Part shown: piece by piece, positions 60,316-64,000 of the stretch
How the letters are laid out: every line of letters starts with the position of its first letter
How positions within the stretch are numbered: the first letter of the stretch is position 1
NCBI GenBank assembly: GCA_017622235.1
Contig: JAGARN010000001.1
Location: 1,238 to 65,237 of the forward strand
Origin: Spirochaetaceae bacterium
GTDB taxonomy: Bacteria > Spirochaetota > Spirochaetia > Treponematales > Treponemataceae
Direction of reading: 5' to 3'
DNA length: 64,000 nt
The notes under the pieces: model-generated
Told to the model about the DNA's origin: nothing
Databases searched by the model: none
What the model saw: only the letters and a program-made list of their open reading frames with translations
Position numbers and translations under genes: made by a program

Positions 60316-61533
60316 TTATGTTCTGTAATCTCCATTTATTTTTACGTATTCGTAGGTTAAATCGCAACCCCAAGCTGTTCCTTCCGCTTCTCCATCATTT
60401 AATTCAACGTTTATTACTGTTTCATCAGCAGTCAAAACAGAAGTCGCAAGATTTTCGTCAAAATCAAGGTTCATTCCGTTTTTGCAAACCTGAACTTTGC
60501 CATTTTCACTTTCAAAACTGACTGAAACTTTATCTGGAGAAAAATTTGCTCCTGAATAACCCATTGCACATAAAATTCTGCCCCAATTTGCGTCTTTTCC
60601 AAAAAAAGCAGCTTTAACTAAATTTGAACTGATTACTGATTTAGCTAAAGTTCTAGCATCTTTTATGGATTTTGCACCAGCTACACGACATTCAATAAGA
60701 TGCTCACAACCTTCACCGTCAGCTGCTATGCGTTTTGCCATCACTGTATTTATTTTGTTAAGGGCAGAAAGGAATGCTTCGTAATCAGCTCCATCTTGAG
60801 TTATTTCTGTATTTTCAGCCATTCCATTTGCCAAAATAAGCAATGTATCGTTGGTACTAGTGTCCCCATCTACAGAAACACAGTTATATGTTCCCTCAAT
60901 ACTTGTTCTCAAAGCCTTGTCTAACATCGTTGCAGAAATTGCACAATCTGTAGTGATAAAACCAAGCATTGTTCCCATATTTATGTGAATCATACCAGAA
61001 CCTTTTGCCATTGTTCCCATTCGGCAGGTTTTTCCACCTACTTGAAATTCTATTGCACATTCTTTATATCGTGTGTCAGTTGTCATTATAGCTTCTCTCG
61101 CAGCTATATTTCCTTCTTTTGAGAGCGAATCTGCAAGTTCTTTTGCTTTAAGTTCAATCTTTTCCACAGGGAGCTGCTGTCCGATTACACCAGTGGAACA
61201 AACAAAAACTTCTTCTGGTTTTAAATTAAGTTGGCTCGCAACAGCTTTTGCCATACGCTCAGCGGCTTGGTAACCTTGAGTACCGGTACAAGCATTCGCA
61301 TTACCTGAGTTTGCAATCACAGCTTGAGCTATTCCTCTTTTTATGTTTTGAATATTTAATTTTACACATTCGGCTTTTACTTTGTTTGTAGTAAACACAG
61401 CAGCTGCACTACACTTCTTTTCTGAATAAATTAAAGCTGTGTCGTTTTTAGTTCTTCCAGCTTTAATTCCAGAAAGCAAACCACTTGCAACAAATCCTTT
61501 AGGAGCAGTAACTCCCCCTTCTATAAAACTCAT
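60316..61533 (-). CDS. argJ: Bifunctional ornithine acetyltransferase/N-acetylglutamate synthase
   Basis: NSGNANACTG, STGVIG, KGSGMIH.NMGTML, DGDTSTND, DANWGRI. Start ATG 61533 after GAGG. Confidence 0.96.
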   Translation of the reverse strand: MSFIEGGVTAPKGFVASGLLSGIKAGRTKNDTALIYSEKKCSAAAVFTTNKVKAECVKLNIQNIKRGIAQAVIANSGNANACTGTQGYQAAERMAKAVASQLNLKPEEVFVCSTGVIGQQLPVEKIELKAKELADSLSKEGNIAAREAIMTTDTRYKECAIEFQVGGKTCRMGTMAKGSGMIHINMGTMLGFITTDCAISATMLDKALRTSIEGTYNCVSVDGDTSTNDTLLILANGMAENTEITQDGADYEAFLSALNKINTVMAKRIAADGEGCEHLIECRVAGAKSIKDARTLAKSVISSNLVKAAFFGKDANWGRILCAMGYSGANFSPDKVSVSFESENGKVQVCKNGMNLDFDENLATSVLTADETVINVELNDGEAEGTAWGCDLTYEYVKINGDYRT

Positions 61534-61555
61534 TTCTACCTCTTTAACAAATACA

Positions 61556-62605
61556 TTAGCGAGCAATTAACTGCGACATAATAGTTTCTAGTGAAAGCTC
61601 TTTATTTAGGAAACGATACAGACTATCACAAATTGTTAGCTTAATACCGTGATGCACAGATATTTCGTGAACATATTTACAGGCTACAGCTCCTTCTGGT
61701 AAATAGCCAACTTCATTTATGCGAGCAATTAAGTCATCTAAGTTTTTAAACCGAGATAGCAAATCTGTTTTTACTATATCCTGCCCAAAGCGACGATTAC
61801 GTCCATATTGACTACGACAAGTTACGTCTAAATCTCCAACACCAGACAAAGAAGTAAATGTTTCAGCGTGAGTAGCACCCATTGCAAAACCTAAAGTTTG
61901 AATTTCGTTAAGTCCTGCCGCAAACAAAAGAGACTTTGCATTATCACCAAAGTCGCAGGATGTTTCCGCAATGGCATCAAGAATTCCAAAAGCAACGGCT
62001 ACCACATTTTTTGCAGCGGCACAAATTTGAACCCCAATAACATCAAGGCTAGAATAAACCATCAAACCTTTTACATTTAAAAGTTCACGAAAACGAATGG
62101 CATTTTTAGGGTTTTCGCTAGCTGCAATAAGCCCCGTAAGTTTGCCCATAGCAACTTCTTCTGCATGACTTGGACCTGCAACATACACTAAATTTTTTTT
62201 GTAAGCTCGTGGCAAAACAGATTCTAAGGTTTCTAGTATCAATTTTGGTCCCTCTGCCGAAGGAACAAAACCCTTTGTCAAAACTCCAATACAAGTTGAA
62301 CCGTTTGCAATGGAGGGAACTTCCAAAATTTTTGCCACAGTAGAAGCAATAAATAGAGAAGGACTTGCAAGTATAAGAAATTCTTTGTCTGTTGCAACCT
62401 CTTCTATATTTTGCGAAGCTGTTATTTTATCTGATAAAACAAATCCTGGCAAAAAACGAGTATTTTCGTGATTATTATTTATTCCTTCTACGACATCCGT
62501 TTCCATAGCCCACATGGTTACTGTGTTTCCACCTCGAGCTAAGGCCTGTGCTAAACCTGTACCCCATGCACCTGCACCAATTACACCAACCGTTTTAGCA
62601 CTCAT
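61556..62605 (-). CDS. gpsA: NAD(P)H-dependent glycerol-3-phosphate dehydrogenase
   Basis: GAGAWGTGLA, GPSHAEEV, AAKNVVA, SGVGDLDVTC..GRNRRFG. Confidence 0.95.
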   Translation of the reverse strand: MSAKTVGVIGAGAWGTGLAQALARGGNTVTMWAMETDVVEGINNNHENTRFLPGFVLSDKITASQNIEEVATDKEFLILASPSLFIASTVAKILEVPSIANGSTCIGVLTKGFVPSAEGPKLILETLESVLPRAYKKNLVYVAGPSHAEEVAMGKLTGLIAASENPKNAIRFRELLNVKGLMVYSSLDVIGVQICAAAKNVVAVAFGILDAIAETSCDFGDNAKSLLFAAGLNEIQTLGFAMGATHAETFTSLSGVGDLDVTCRSQYGRNRRFGQDIVKTDLLSRFKNLDDLIARINEVGYLPEGAVACKYVHEISVHHGIKLTICDSLYRFLNKELSLETIMSQLIAR

Positions 62606-62642
62606 CCTTTACACCTCCTTAAAGAAGTAAATCGACAACAAT

Positions 62643-63086
62643 TTAGAACCAGCAAGCAGATTCATCTACCCAAGGACATAATTCTTCTTCTCTAAAATAC
62701 AGAGCAATTTCTCTCTCTCCGTTAGCAGGAGAATCGGAAGCGTGAATTATATTGTGTTGCGTGTGAGCACAAAAATCCCCACGTATTGTGCCGGGAAGAG
62801 CCTCTTCTGGCTTTGTAGCACCAGTTAGCTTACGTAACAAAGAAACACAATCATCACCCTGCCACACCATAGCGATTACAGGACCAGACGTAATATAATC
62901 AACCAAACCCTGATAAAACGGCTTTCCAAAATGTTCTTGATAATGCTGAGCAGCCAATTCCCTTGAAACATTCATAATCTTCAATCCAATAAGTTGAAGT
63001 CCTTTGCGTTCAATACGAGAAATAACCTCACCCACAAGACGACGATTCAACACACCTGGCTTTAACAAAGCGAAACATCTTTCCAT
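62643..63086 (-). CDS. ndk: Nucleoside diphosphate kinase
   Basis: LLKPG, GATKP..ALPGTIRGDF, NIIHASDS. Confidence 0.96.
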   Translation of the reverse strand: MERCFALLKPGVLNRRLVGEVISRIERKGLQLIGLKIMNVSRELAAQHYQEHFGKPFYQGLVDYITSGPVIAMVWQGDDCVSLLRKLTGATKPEEALPGTIRGDFCAHTQHNIIHASDSPANGEREIALYFREEELCPWVDESACWF

Positions 63087-63294
63087 AAGCTATATCCTGA
63101 ATTATTTTATAAAGTGGCAGAGTTGCGTCTGCTACTTTTTAGTATAACGAAAAAACAAAGGTAGGTAAAGGCTAGACCTATATTCCCAGAAAAGGGATTT
63201 GCTTAATTTTTTTCAAAAAAAATTAGATGATGTAGCATTACCTGACACACCCCTTAATTTATACTTGAACCATAGATTATTTTGGAGGTATCCT

Positions 63295-63585
63295 ATGAAA
63301 AATCATAAAACCAATGAAATATTTTTTTGGATAATGTTTTCAATTTTTGGTATTTTGCCAGCAGTATTACTTTTAATTAGAGATGTGGCAACAGACACAT
63401 TTTTTGGTGGAGTTTTTTTACCAATTCATATTATGTTTTCACTAATTGTTGTTTCTGCAACAGAAAATAAAAGCAAAGAAAAAATTTCACCTAAAAGAAA
63501 ATTACTGTTTGTTAAAACAAAAAAGACTGTTCGTATATTTTTGTGGTCCACAAAAATAAATCGCAACAAAAAAGACAAGGCATAG
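63295..63585 (+). CDS. Small hypothetical membrane protein (2 TMs, basic tail)
   Basis: GGAGG SD before ATG 63295. Confidence 0.55.
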   Translation: MKNHKTNEIFFWIMFSIFGILPAVLLLIRDVATDTFFGGVFLPIHIMFSLIVVSATENKSKEKISPKRKLLFVKTKKTVRIFLWSTKINRNKKDKA

Positions 63586-63604
63586 CTATAATTTTTTTAA
63601 ATTT

Positions 63605-63647
63605 GCAGCTAATTTAATACTACCTAAATACATTAAATTAGCTGCAT
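63605..63647. terminator. Hairpin between convergent genes
   Basis: TGCAGCTAATTTAAT...ATTAAATTAGCTGCA. Confidence 0.65.
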
Positions 63648-63667
63648 TAAATTTATACACCCCTACC

Positions 63668-64000
63668 CTATGCCACAAGGAATTTATATTTTATCACGCT
63701 GTACAATGGAATAAAGGGAATAATAATAGGCACAGTTTGAACATATTTTTGATATTCTGGATCATCGCCATAACTTTTATTTTGTCTAAGCTCTAAGCGT
63801 CTTGCACCGCTAAGCATAACGTATACGATAAGGACTAATCCCAAAATTGCAGGAATCCATTGCCAAGTAGACATTTTATTAACACCAGAAACAAAAACAC
63901 CTGTCCACAATAAAAGTTCGCCTAAATAATTGGGGCAACGAACAAAACGGTAAAGTCCTGTATCCACAAAACGACCGGGTTGCGTTTTTTTTGCGTCTGA
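63668..64000 (-). CDS. DUF1295 / steroid 5-alpha-reductase-like membrane protein, 5' end outside window
   Basis: FVDTGLYRFVRCPNYLGE..W and YQKYVQTVPIIIP; frame is open to the window edge. Confidence 0.8.
   Translation of the reverse strand, partial: SDAKKTQPGRFVDTGLYRFVRCPNYLGELLLWTGVFVSGVNKMSTWQWIPAILGLVLIVYVMLSGARRLELRQNKSYGDDPEYQKYVQTVPIIIPFIPLYSVIKYKFLVA

Noticed and set aside
1709-62080. Many 60-170 aa antisense or overlapping ORFs in the track
   Set aside because: They are shadows of well-supported genes with no motifs or expression signals

Overview
AT-rich chromosomal segment from a spirochaete, most likely Treponemataceae, judged from the flgB-fliJ cluster, FliA with Jag-FapA, ThrRS-fused uridine kinase, PPi-PFK, the large ankyrin lipoprotein and RecJ with an insert. 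It is mostly core genome: about 52 CDS (serS, reverse rubrerythrin/PerR, flagellar basal body and export genes, recJ, apt, aroF-tyrA, thiI, a polar amino acid ABC transporter, asnA, pfp, argJB, gpsA, ndk) and 4 tRNAs (Phe, Lys, Arg, His). I saw no integrase, transposase, phage genes or CRISPR. The best signals are non-coding. (1) An unannotated, probably leaderless Tyr-rich leader peptide (…YEMYYYY…) with a terminator/antiterminator sits upstream of aroF-tyrA, making a candidate tyrosine-sensing ribosome-mediated attenuator. (2) Leaderless promoter architecture is common: about 12 start codons lie 6-8 nt after a -10 box with no SD. (3) A nested-hairpin repeat array lies downstream of argB, and a related element sits next to a duplicated gene 3' end. 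(4) The flgBC-fliE and fliF-J segments appear split between sigma28 and sigma70 control. (5) A perfect PerR-type operator precedes rubrerythrin-perR. All calls come from reading the sequence; no searches were run.
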